From positions 46,500,001-46,564,000 of the forward strand of contig OZ260664.1 in assembly GCA_965285935.1 (NCBI GenBank): DNA of 64,000 nucleotides, written 5' to 3'. Below the pieces are notes generated by a model. That model had not been told where the DNA came from. It ran no database searches and worked only from the letters and a program-made list of their open reading frames with translations. Position 1 is the stretch's first letter. Every line of letters starts with the position of its first letter. This document shows positions 26,201 through 38,854 of the stretch, one piece after another. Position numbers and translations under genes: made by a program. The DNA comes from Ophelia neglecta (taxonomy: Eukaryota).

Positions 26201-29200
26201 GGGAAGAACTACACTCTCCAAGTGATAAGGCAGCATACTACTGTCAGGCCAGACGGAGTGTGGAGGAGTCGCTGAGGCATGCCGAGAGACAGACAAGATA
26301 AACAGACTAATCATACAGCACGCATTGTTAATGTGAATATTGTGTGCTAGCCTCTAATACAATGACCGTTCTCATTTTTCCCTGCCATCAATGATTGGTT
26401 TTTCCAACCCATTGTCAGCTTATGAAGGTCATATACATGGCACAAACTAACATGCAGTCTACAGAAACTTCTAATTTGCTTAATTTTACTGCCCATGGTT
26501 CTTTAAAAATAGAAGTGAAGCAGATACATCACAGATTTAAACAGGAATCCAGATGCATTAGAAATCTTAGTAAGCAGGATTTAAACCCTCGACATTAGTG
26601 TGAACATTTTTTCAAGAGACAGTAAGTGTGGTATCAATTATCCATGGTGTTTTGTTCATTTTTTCAGAGTGATATATTTACTCTATAAGCTTGTGGGTAG
26701 TGAGAACCAGATGGTGAAGATGTCACAAGACATAGATACAAGGGGTACTGTAATTGGTCAAGGATTGCACTGTCTACATACACAAATGGGGGGGGGGGGG
26801 GGGCACATCCTCACCGGAGTAGGACGGATTTCTTCACATGGTTTTTTAAAAAATTGGGTGGTTGCACATCATACTACTTTATAATGCACATGTTGCTGAT
26901 TTAGCCATGGTAGTAAAAATGTGCTTCGAATAGAAATGTCTATATTAATGGGGTCGCCATAATCAAAGATAGCTACTGAGTGCAGCTCTATATGGAGCCT
27001 ATACTATAATGCTGATCTGATGCACTAAAGATAGTGTGCCCCATACAGTGTATATGGGCAGAGATCCATTGCAATAGTAACTCTCTTCTGCCCAATATAG
27101 CTGCAATTCTGCAGCTCAATCAAAAATTGATAAAAGTTATGTATAATTTAGCATAGTTAACCTATTGTACAAGTCAAGTAAATGAATATATGATGAGTTA
27201 AAGGTAATAAACAAGCTTAACTGAATCAATCAAGACCCCTGAGTGGGCATGCTGTTTTACCTGAAGACAAAAAAAAACAATCTAAATCTAGTCTCATCAG
27301 GTGTTCCACAAGTCTAATTTGTGACTAGTCTTAAGCATGGTTGGTAAGAGTATGCCTATAAATAAATACCACTAGCATTGTGGGTCTGTGTCTCCATTTT
27401 ACCATTAATAACTGTCCAAATGAGAAGACAGTGTCAAGAAGGTACATGTATGTATTCACCACAAGAGAGCATACTCACACACAATTGTATTATTCTGTCA
27501 AAAGTCATTACCTTCAGCTGAAGTTGACATCCTTCAACTGGAGTTGAGAAGTTTGAGAATGCAGTGACTGTTGCCTTATTTACATGTATGCGTAGGAAAA
27601 TATTAAATTGTGTACCCAGACTGACAAACATTGGAAACATAGATTTAATACAGCACACTCAGCCTGCTAAAACAAGTCATTTGTTTGAGATTATCCCAGT
27701 TGATCTGTGATTTATTTTTCAAGTCCTTGCAGGACCATTTGAAAGCTTTTAAATGCAAATGGCTGCAGTAGGGTGCCTCACAAAATAACAGCCTCAAATG
27801 ACCCTCAAATGGTACTCTAACATAAAATCAGTGAAACGTCCCGGTGCTGGTTTAAGTTGATAGTTAGAAGTCATGCTATCAAGGTTGTATAGTGAGAGAG
27901 AACCACTTGAGAAGTCAGCAGCCACATCACCTTAACACTCAGGGGTTACGACCTTGGCATATTTGGCATTTGATCGAGACCATAGAAGTCTCAGTTTACC
28001 ATACCAGTTTGTTTTGTACAGCTGTTTCATTGCAGCTTATTTGTGATACATGTCAGACACAGTCTTGCAAAAACTGAGAAAAGACAAAAACATTCACTAT
28101 TATCTAAAAACTGACATAGTATAACATTTCCTAAACAGCATTCACATTCTGAAAATTTTATTGATTTAAAAAAAAAAATTGAGGTCGGTTATATCTGAGG
28201 GTAGGAATGCCTGCACTCCCCAGGCTTAATTGACCTTTTAATGCCTGGATAAACCCTGGTTATTGTTCCCTTAATGCCTGGATATGAACGGAGCTAAATT
28301 GACCCACACAAAGCCTGGATATGCCCAATCTTGCTTTACATAGTAACACAGCCACAAAAAATTAAAAAAAAAACCACCTGCTCACCCCAGCTTCAGCAAA
28401 TACCTGTTGTAGCCTTATCAATTTTTTCAAAATACCAGGATCACATATGGACAGTGGGTAAAAAAAAAATCCCTGTTCAGCCCTCGCTATTTCCTTTGGC
28501 TGGTCCCTCTCCAGCCCCAACTCTCCAAGAGAGACCTTACAACACTGTCTACAAGCCCAATTATAGTGTCTATCAGTGACTTGTCTCCAGGGAGCTGGGA
28601 TTGTACAATTGGTTTGGGGGGCTGACAGCTCCAATTAAAAGTCCGTTTATAGAAAATGAAGTTAGTGATATATACATATCAATGCATGAAACAATGAAAG
28701 TAATATTCAGCAACATAATTCCCTTGGATACATAATACTCCATGCCAAGCTTTACCAATTGAAACTAACCAGTGTTTGCAGTGTTATCTTACACTCATAT
28801 ATAAATGTTAACAGTCTACTAGCTTTATTTACTTCTTACAGAAACCAGCTTGAATTTATTCTGACAATATTCCATAAGGTAAATTGCCAGTGAGGAGTTA
28901 TTGTTATGTACTTAATAATATAACATATATTTTTTTAAGATGCTATTTCTAGGAATTTTTGCAACCATCAGTTTATGAAACAATTTTTAGGAAATTGGTT
29001 AAGTATTAAATGTCTTAACAGAAATTTATGATTTGATACACAACTGTGCTTTTCAAACCATGCTGCTGGATGGAATAATCACAGTAGTAAATGCCCATTA
29101 CTTTAGCAGGAGGCTTAAATTCAGGAAAAGCAATATGGCAGGAACTCTTTCAATATGGGCAATTAATTTCTTATCTACCGAGCCATGCTGCTTTTCTTTT

Positions 29201-29476
29201 GACCTTGATAATAATACATGCAAAGGTTTTGGCCTAGCTCTCATGTATACAAAATGCCCTTCCACCTGCACCAACCACTGCGCTAATGCTCAATTTCTCA
29301 GATTATGAACACATTTTGACATTTGTGCCTCTTAATGGGAGCAATAATTTACAGGTTATATTTGATGTATGCAGAGGTTTATAGGTTTTCATTCCTAGCC
29401 AAGGCTAAATATATTGTATGAGAATTTTTGTAATTAGAGTGAGCATTTTTTAATGGTATGATATTGCCTTACTTAC

Positions 29477-29530
29477 CACCAGGGAGTCAACTCCTGTTAA
29501 CATGCTTAGGTGAAAAAACAGTATACATAC
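29477..29530 (-). other. 54-nt candidate recursive-splice (RS) exon
   Basis: tctaatcaaattttctgtttattttcag|GTATGTATAC...CCCTGGTG|gtaagt. It has branch point ctaat and an acceptor abutting a GTATGT donor; stops in phases 1 and 2. Confidence 0.6.
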
Positions 29531-30765
29531 CTGAAAATAAACAGAAAATTTGATTAGATATGATTTCTTACTTTACATTAAGGCATGTAATATTACACCT
29601 AGAATACAAAATTGTCTATTTTTCGATAACCAATCTGAATTCAATGACCGCTTTGGAAGTTAACTTTGAAAGGTTAAAGTCATTGACATACATGAAAGGC
29701 ATAATAAATATTGTCTGGTCTGTACCACATTTATTATTATGACTCATTTTACTTTGCTATTCCATCAGTTAAGATAAGAAAAAAACAGTTCAGACATTTT
29801 CTTCATTGAGACTGCAAAATGTACAAGGTACCTACAGTCATTATTAAATTCTACACTGCTGGAGTAGATTGGCTTAAAAAATATGTATTCTGTGATAATA
29901 GGAGTCGACAAGAAATGTCATCAGCTGTGTTTACAGGGAGCAGGAGGGAGAGGACAGATAAATCTAAATCAAGCTCATAACCTACAATATATATAATACA
30001 TCCTTCTCACTAGGGCACATGTACATATCGTTTAGAGTTTCTGACATAGGGGACATGTCTACAATTCTTATACACACATACATTGATCTATTCATGTCTA
30101 ATACGGAAGAACTCAGTTGACGGAGATGATCAGATGTAAATACAATATACTGTCTAAGTATGTTTAGTCTGAAGAGGTTTCTTTTCGCCCACAACCAATG
30201 CTGGTGAGAAAAGGTTATAGGTCTGTCAATACATGTTGAATATCCATTGTACATAAAATGGGAGCACTGCATGATTTGAATTCCTGATCCCTATTTATAA
30301 TGTCTTAAAGGTTAAAGCTGTCACTCTACAAAGCAGAATGAACTGCTTGTGGCAGTGATAAATGTGACTTTTTTGTTAGACAATAGTCGGATATAATATG
30401 CAAATGTTATCAGCAAAGACGTTTTATATCTGTCAGTTTTTATCTCCGAGCTCTAAAACACATATTGTGTGAAACTTGGCAGTATCAAAGAAGGCACTTC
30501 TCAGGTTCACTGCCTTGTGATCATAAAAAAACGTGCCAATTAATTATATGAAAGCAGATAAGTTTGAGATTGAACACACCCAATTTAATATTCTGTTAAG
30601 AAAGGAGACAAAGGCAGTGGTAGAACAAGGTGCAGACTCCAGCTTGAAATATCACAACTCAAAGAAACAGTTTTGCAAGGCGTTAAACCTTTGATTGAGA
30701 CCTTGAACAGAGCCAAGCCCCTGATTTCATTATGAAGGCTCCTGCCATGAAAGCCCCTGACTTAC

Positions 30766-30785
30766 TTCATGTTGTGCCACGGAAA
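30766..30785 (-). CDS. candidate 20-nt microexon carrying a possible start codon (CAAC ATG AA|)
   Basis: tctgatctttcttttcattcag|TTTCCGTGGCACAACATGAA|gtaagt. The ATG leaves in phase 2; it also reads FPWHNM from phase 0. Confidence 0.55.
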
Positions 30786-31849
30786 CTGAATGAAAAGAAA
30801 GATCAGACAAGTTAAACTTTTAAGTAGATCAATTTTCACCTACCTACACTACTCAGTAAACACAATTAAATTGGGTGTACTGGCCCTTAAATCTACCTAC
30901 ACTCAAAATGATTTAGCTGCTTTGCCTTTTTCCGGGTTTTGGCCAAGGAACCCAAGTGCATTCCGCACACATTTATACCATCAATCATGGGTTCTTGTAA
31001 TTAAACGCCACTTTTTATCCTCGCTCCATCAAACTGAATTGCCTTTCAATATCAGGTCAGCCCTGCCGAGTAATATCAGTCATGGGTGTAATTACTTTAT
31101 GCCTTCTAGCTTTTTCCATAATTTCTTCAAACTGAAGGTTTGACTGGAAAAAACTTGACTATTTGTTGACGGCATCCTCACAAGGAATGTTAAAACTTTT
31201 TCTCTATAAAGTTCTACTAACAGATTTGTATTCAACAAGCATGGTTATAAATATACTGTTTACTTCTCATGGTAGAATTGGATTAATACAATATCCAATT
31301 GATATAATTGCAAATATGTGTTGGAAGTAAATACTTAAAGTAGTACTGCTCATTGCTATATCCTATTCCAATCACCAGACAGCAGCTCATGACAATGTTA
31401 GTCAGAGAAGTAGTGTAAATAATATCAACAGATGGCAGCAGCATTAAAAATTGACTACTGGGAAAGGATATTTTGAAAGTAGTACTGGATTAACAATTGT
31501 GGCTAGCCAGATGACAGATTAATCCATTATAACACCTTGAAAAGGGACAACTGGTGAGTGTAAATAATTGGAGGGATAATAGGATTCCATCATTTATAGG
31601 CAAGGTAACACAGTAGCTGGTAAATCAATGGCTATATGACTTTATAGCAGCTGTTTACCCTGCAACCGTAATCCTATTGCCAAACAATAAATGTGTACAT
31701 GCATAAGGGAGAGTCTCAAATTACCAATATTTTTGCAAGTCAAATATTTTTCTTTGTTTCTCAAGCTTAACTACTTCCTTACCCTAAAGGACAAAAAAAA
31801 GAAAAAAATGATTCTTGTAATAGGTTTTCACCAATATAAATAAATGTAT

Positions 31850-32167
31850 ACCAAAGCATGGCACAGTGGTTAGTGTGTCCCCTCGCAAGTGGGAGATGGG
31901 GGTTCGAATCCTGATCACGTCAAACCCAAGATGTAAAAATAGGTACTGATAGCTCCCCTGCCAGGCGCCCGGCATTTCGGGGGTAGTATCAGGACTGGTC
32001 AACCCGGTGTCAGTATAATGTGACTGGGTGGGATTCCCTGTTTTGTGTCCACGGCAGGTACTCCAGTGAGGCAGCACTCTAAAGAGGGCATTGGGCCTAC
32101 TGTCACAAGTAGGCACCGTGACGATATGACCATATAAGTGTTGAAACCCCAAACAACAACAACAACA
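31850..32167 (+). mobile_element. tRNA-derived SINE, Meta/MESC-like core, (CAA)n tail
   Basis: A box tggcacagtgg, B box ggttcgaatcc, core ggtactgatagctcccctgccaggcgcccggcat, (caa)n tail. A 13-bp direct repeat accaatataaata lies at 31830 and 32168. High identity to the copy at 52.1 kb. The family assignment is from recall of mollusc SINE consensus. Confidence 0.92.
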
Positions 32168-32607
32168 ACCAATATAAATATAAATAGGTTGCATTTTTGG
32201 GTCCCTTTATCTTGTTTATTCATATTCAAGTATCTGGTTGATGCTAAACCTAGCATCAGTAATTTGAGATCATCCCTTACTGGTGGTCAATTTTTTTGAT
32301 GATGGCTAATGTACCACCCAGCCTACAGTACAGCCTATAAAATCAATCTGTCAATATTACTTGACCACCCATCAATGACCGACTCAATCAAGCTGAAAAT
32401 ACAAAGTCTGTGATTAGACTAAAGTGAAGAGGTGCTGGGAAACAAATAGCTCCAGTATTTACACACACCATCCCTCAATTAGTGAGAGTATTGTCAGTAG
32501 ACTATCAGGTTCTGTCCCCCAGAGTCAGATGTAACAGGGTACAGCACCATTAAACCAGACATTCTGCAAATAACAGTAACTGTTCCCAAGTGCTAATATA
32601 AACATGC

Positions 32608-32640
32608 ACATGTACATGTACATGTACATGTACATGTATA
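32608..32640. repeat. (TACATG)n palindromic microsatellite
   Basis: acatgtacatgtacatgtacatgtacatgta; shorter runs at ~9076, 17876 and 61551. Confidence 0.9.
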
Positions 32641-32737
32641 TACACATATAAAATACATGAATATGAAATATATTAAATATGACTAAATGTATATTCTATG
32701 ATAATTGTGTGTTCCTAGATGTTGTCCCTACACTCAC

Positions 32738-32749
32738 CTTTGCAGTTCT
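32738..32749 (-). other. candidate 12-nt frame-preserving microexon
   Basis: tttgcattttggttttag|AGAACTGCAAAG|gtgagt. No stop in any frame; TGC motif just upstream of the acceptor. Confidence 0.55.
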
Positions 32750-35619
32750 CTAAAACCAAAATGCAAATATTGTTCCATGAAACTATTGCCTAGAAGCCTG
32801 GCGGTGTGGGGTCTAGGGTTCTGGAGGTGGTTCATGCAGACACAAGTCACAAAGTCAGTACTCTATAGACACATTATATAATATGGGAATAACACAAGAC
32901 CACCCTGACTAGTAAGCAACTACAAATAGAAATGTAATGTGTACACAAACAATCTGGATATATGAGAGTCACACAAGACATGGATATGATCCACAAAGCC
33001 AGGCTAAGACCTGTAAGGCCTATGGTAATCTAACACTGGCAGCTTATTTGATCAGCCCATTCAGCTGTGACTAAGAAAATTTGCCTGACTACTGTTTATT
33101 CTACAGAATAGACTTAAAATATTGACAAAGCAAACTGGAGAACAAGCAGGGACTTGACCTGAACACATGTGGACTATAGTCAGGAGGACAACAGAATAGT
33201 GTCAAAATTAATAAGGAAATAGTCAAAATTAACAGGGAAATACCCAATAGACCATTTAAAAATCCGGAAAACTGAATGGCAAAGTGAAAATAATTGTCTC
33301 CTATTTAAATAATTTACTTTCAATATTAGAAACACAAGGGATCAATGCAAACAATTTTATTTTAAAAAATAGATATCTGAAAGAAGGTATTAATGATAGC
33401 ATTCATATTAATCCAGCAGCAGGACATGTACTAGTAGTAGACGAAACTGTTTTTGTATCGAATGGGTAAGATAAGCATAATTCTTTTAATGAAAACATTT
33501 ACAACCTAGCGATATAGAGCACATGTACATAATTGTTTTATTCAACTGAGCCTCGTTTAACGGTCACATTGTTCAACACCTATAATTGTGTTTATGGCCC
33601 ACCTTATTCAAAATGGGAGGTTGAGAACTGTCCCTAATAACATGTAATAACTTATACTGTATCTACATGTCAGCACTTGTCCTTATATATAGAGCAGTTC
33701 TTGGAAGCAAGGTGTGAAATAATGTTTAGGACATCGCTGAACATGAGGCAGGTGATTGACCGGGTAGGTGGGGCTGTGAGCCTGGAGCTGGGGAGAGGAA
33801 GTCACCTCTCCTCATGCTCCTCACGCCAAGGGGCAGGACACACCTTACTCACTGCCCTATACACACAATCTAACAGCTGGAGTTTCTCTCTCTGCTGGCA
33901 AGGTCACTGAATGACAAGTAAAGGAAGTTGGCTATAATAAAACACAATTCTGGCACTGGGTTATGACGCAACTCAGTCAACCCTAGTTTGATAAAATGTA
34001 AAAACTAATGGGTAAGTTTCAAGCAGCATGCTCAAAACTGCTGAGGGGTCTAAGTGAGTAGGGGCATAAAACATAATGTTTATCAGTAGAAGTGTTATGT
34101 CTGGGGACAAACACAAGGGGTAATTGAGGTTTGAAGTGGAGCAGGCCTTTCTGGTAGCTGGTGGAGATAGTGTAAAGACTATCTTAACCCAGGGGCTATC
34201 ACACCAGACGGACCTGCCCAGCCACACAATCTGCTTCCCGCCCCATTCTCAGTGCTAAAAAACCAATAATTGCCGATAGATGAAGTTCAATACTGCTATA
34301 ATCTAGCGACAGAGTCCTCGAAATAGAAAATGCATGTAACCTCATGGCTCATTTGATAAAATGTGCGCAGCTTTCAGAAACCTTTACACAAAATTTTCTT
34401 AGCTTAAACTCTTTAATTCTGTCTGATGGAAAGTAAAAAGCCTAGCTAATTCTTCACCTTTGCCCTAAACCTTTTCAAAGGATTTGTCGCTCTCGAAGTT
34501 TGTCCTGTTTGATAAACTCTAATTTTTATCACTGAAATTAATTAAATGGAATTCTGGGAAAACTGCCAGACTTGACATTCCAGGTTTAATTCACCTTTCT
34601 CATGGTCTAGCATGCTTTCATTCTGATAACATGTCCAATTAAAAAAGCCGCCTGCGTAACTTAAGTGTTGGCACTTTCCAAAAGGACTAGTTTACCATGC
34701 TCTGCCCACTGAATGTGTGGAGTAGCTTTAGGTGAAAATTAATAAAGCTAAGCATTCTTTCTGCCAACATTTATAAAATACAATCTACCAAATTATATTT
34801 GTACTTGAAAGCTGAGCCAATCAGAGAAGTAAACTGAATTACCTGCACAGCATTAAAATAAAGACCAATCCACTTCTTGCATCACCCAACCTATCAATCA
34901 AAATGGGCAGGGTAGAAAACCAGATTTCTGCCTGGCTCCTGGCTCATGCATTTAAATTTTTCTGGCATTGAACTCAAAGCAAAAAATAAACTACCAATGC
35001 CATGTATTTATGGCTACCAAAATAATAAAGCTATTTTGCAGTTTGCTGGCTTATAAAAGAGCAGTATTAATTTTTATAACTTCAATTATCTTATAAACTG
35101 GTATCATTGAACTATATGGACATTAAATAATAGCTGTCAATCTCCAGTAATTAAAGAGACAGATCTATATATTACATAACCTTGATACCTCAGCTTATTA
35201 ATAAGCATGGCTGTGCCTTTATTGACAGAGAGAAGAACAGTACCATTGTAGGAGAGTATGATGATAATACATCATTTTACACTGAGCCCACAAATAGACC
35301 CACAGATAACATCGAGGAGGGGGGGGGGGGGGGGTATGGCAGGTATTATAAGAGGTATGCAGGCACTGTGTCTGACCTTGTCTATTAATTTTCAGAATGT
35401 CAGAATGTCAGTAAACTGACAGGTCTTCAAAAACATCCACAGTGCAGAAGAATCATGGAAACCATCCACTAAAAAAACATGTTTTGATACATTTTTAACA
35501 CATCAAAGATCTGGAGGTGAAATAAATTAGTAACTTTAAATCACTTTTCAAATCACTTTTCCAATCACTTGCTTACTCTGGTTGTGGATGAGTCAGTATA
35601 AATTGATGCAAATACTTCA

Positions 35620-36165
35620 TCAGAATTGTTCTAGCACACGGTTCAGGTCAGAATTGTTCTAGAACATAGGTCAGGTCAGGATTGTTCTAGCACACAGGTC
35701 AGGTCAGGATTCTTCTAGCACATGGGTCAGAACAGGATGGTTCTAGCACATGGGTCAGGCCAGGATGGTTTTAGCACATGGGTCAGGTTAAGATTGTTCT
35801 AGCACACAGGTCAAGTCAGGATTGTTCTAACACATGGGTCAGGTCAGGATGGTTTTAGCACATGGGTCAGGTTAGGATTGTTCTAGCACACAGGTCAAGT
35901 CAGGATTGTTCTAACACATGGGTCAGGTCAGGATGGTTTTAGCACATGGGTCAGGTTAGGATGGTTCTAGCACATGGATCAGATCAGGATTGTTCAAGCA
36001 CATGGGTCAGATCAGGATTGTTCTAACGCATGGGTGGTTTTAGCACATGGGTCAGGCCACGATGCTTCTATTACATAGATCAGGCCAGGAATGTTCTAGC
36101 ACATGGGTCAGGGCAGGATTGTTCTAGCAGACAGGATCAGGACACAATTGTTCTAAGACATAGGG
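35620..36165. repeat. 28-bp minisatellite, ~19 copies
   Basis: Unit tcaggattgttctagcacatgggtcagg; the period of 28 is seen at 35623/35651. Confidence 0.95.
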
Positions 36166-36849
36166 CCCGGTCTTGGAATTTTTTCATTCAAATATAACCA
36201 TAAAGTCAAAATACATGTATACACAACTTGGGATATCACACACAAGTTTTTTATTTTAGTGTTAAACGAAAGGGGGCTCACATAAGCTACCTTTCTATTT
36301 AATTTCTGATTTCTCAGCAACTGGTTTCAGCCAGCATATTTGTTGCAAGCTCAGAACTAAGACAAGTTTGAACATTAAGGTTTGACTGTATCAATATTTC
36401 TTTCTATAAAGGTCATGGGGGATTTGCATTAGTCACTCTAACAAATTGACATTATATCCACAGCTGCACTTTTCTATTGAATGAGGAAGAGTTAATCTCC
36501 AATAGTAATTGCCTGTATTCAACTTTGCCTTCTAAATCATCCCCAATATAAAGTAATGAATGTCCTGTCATATGAGCCAGATTACAGATCACTATGTTTG
36601 CCAAAGTGCTGAATAGTTGGAAATTGTTGGAGGAAGTTTTGCCCAGAATGTTATGTTTTTTCTTCAGTATTTATATCAGACTCAGTATATTCATGCCGCA
36701 ATAGGCTGCCTGACAAACAGAAATCTAATATAACCTCCTCCGCTTAGACAAGTGTTGCCAGTGTCCATAAGTACAAAAACACAGAATTATAGTCAATAGG
36801 GGGAATTTCTTATAGCAGATACATAAACAAGATGTAGTTGAATAGGTTT

Positions 36850-37192
36850 ATAGAACCATTGTTGGAAGTGCTGCCCTTCTGTGGTTTCACTTTAATATTT
36901 TGGAGGTGGTTGCACATTATAATCTGACCCTGAGCCCCTTGATGTGGACCCCCTCTCCATAGGTGGCCCTCTTTGGCCATTGTCAAAGGTGGGCCACCCA
37001 TTGCGAGGGGCAGCCACTTGATGTGGAACCTCTCTCCATAGGTGGCCCTCTTTGGCCACTGGCAAAGGAGGGCCACCCATTGAGAGAGGCGTCCACTTCC
37101 AGGGACTCCTGAGTTAAATTATGAAGTGCAGGTTGTTTTCAACTGATAGATCACATTAGTGTAAGTGTGCACCACCATGGAGAATACTTCTA
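36850..37192 (+). mobile_element. decayed MITE, same family as 59174-59368, with an internal ~79-bp duplication
   Basis: Left end atagaaccattgttggaagtgctgccc and internal aatctgaccctgagccccttgatgtggaccc match the 59.2-kb copy. The right TIR is degenerate; tandem duplication at 36938-37097. Confidence 0.6.
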
Positions 37193-38780
37193 ACATCAAT
37201 GTTAAGACTGGCAGATGCGGCAAGCTGTGTCAGCAATCAATGGAAACATTAGAAGAAGCATATAAATTAGACAAGATCTAATACTGTCAAGTACTGGCAG
37301 ATATTTGTTATTGTCATAGTAGCCAGCTACAATTCATTGATTTTCAGATTTTTACAATCTGTTGCAGAACAATTTGAATCTCAAGATTATGATAGTCTTT
37401 ATGTGGAACAACACTGCCCTGAGAGAGTGAATGGAAGTGAAGAGCACAGCTGGGATGAGCCTGTAACACAATGGTCTAACATGGAGAATTGCACCAATCA
37501 GGTCGATAAACTGATTTCTGGTATCTCCTGCCTTACACGCCTGCTGGCTGCCTTACACGCCTGCTGGCTGCCTTACAAGGCCGCCCGCTGTACATGGCTT
37601 AATCTCCAAAGGATTTCTCAGTCACTGTAGACCAAGAATCAAGCTTCGATTAGAGACTGATAATTAATTCTATTGGGCACAATGTGTTTAGCAATGGGTA
37701 GAAGCTCAACTTGAAACAAGGACACTCCAAGAGGTAAAGACAAGACAATATTCAGCAATCATCCCAGGATGTGCTGGTATTGATCTTGGCCAACTACAAA
37801 GAAATCTTGTACAAGGCACATCAATACTTCTTGTCAATGTGTCTGTTTTCTAGTCTGCTCAACTCTAAAGGACACTTTTCCATTTCCATATTTTATGTAT
37901 ATGATTTCTTATGGTTCTCATTTTGTCCTTACTGCCCTTGAAGCAAACCTTGGGTCAAAAGCCCACTGTTTTATTGCGCCAGCCACTTTTTGTTAAATGA
38001 AATGTGTCAAGGTGTAAAAATAAAAATAAAAATTTTAATACCAAAGGTAACTTGATATAAAAATAGCACAAAAACCATGTGAAGCTGGAGATTCAGGGAT
38101 CAGAAGCCATGAAAAAGCAGCAAAGTCCTCAGAACACTGACGCCTTCAAATACTTCCTTCTTTATTCAACCAACTGAAGAAAGCAACTGTAGCTGATGAC
38201 TTTCACGTTTCTACTCTAATCAGTTGCAGCACCCTTACAAACCTCAACAGTTATGGATTTCATTCAAAACAAATGTGTATAAAAAAATACATAGCACACC
38301 TCCTACATCTGGCTAGGATACACATCTAGATGGTGTATGCAGTTACCACACCTTAAACCCAATTCACACACTGATAGGCATATGCGCATCCTGTATTTAC
38401 CAACACTGATACACTGCACCTACATATTCTCCTTATTGAATTTATCAGATAAGCTGGTCCTTATTGATTGAACAGGCTACAATCAATCTAGCTTTGACAT
38501 TACTGCCAGCACATTTAATCCTGATCAATAATACTTAGTGCAAATTATGTATTATCTATTTAATCTTGCATATATAACAGCAGATACATGAGGCCTACTA
38601 CTGTAGAGATATACTCTGTTCCGGCCTGTAATCAATGTAGAGCCAGATAATTGAGTTGCAACAAAGTACTAGTGCTGGGATGTTCACTATACCTTAATAG
38701 CTGCCTGGATTAGCTACTTGGGTGAGTTGAGGTCTAATGGCTAATCCAGGTAGCTAGTTAGGAGCAGGTAGGCTTGTTAC

Positions 38781-38854
38781 CTGTGGGCCCTCTGCCTGAA
38801 ATTCCCTCTTAAGTCCTCTGTACTAGCTGCCCAGTCACGTTCTCCCCGGGCCAT
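38781..38854 (-). CDS. candidate alternative first coding exon (MARGERDWAASTEDLRGNFRQRAH+)
   Basis: gccaagATGG context with an in-frame upstream TGA; 74 nt open to donor CAG|gtaaca, phase 2. Too short for the ORF track. Confidence 0.55.

Noticed and set aside
31850-31922. tRNA gene (also at ~52385-52457)
   Set aside because: The A/B boxes continue into a SINE body and tail, and there is no proper acceptor stem or terminator.
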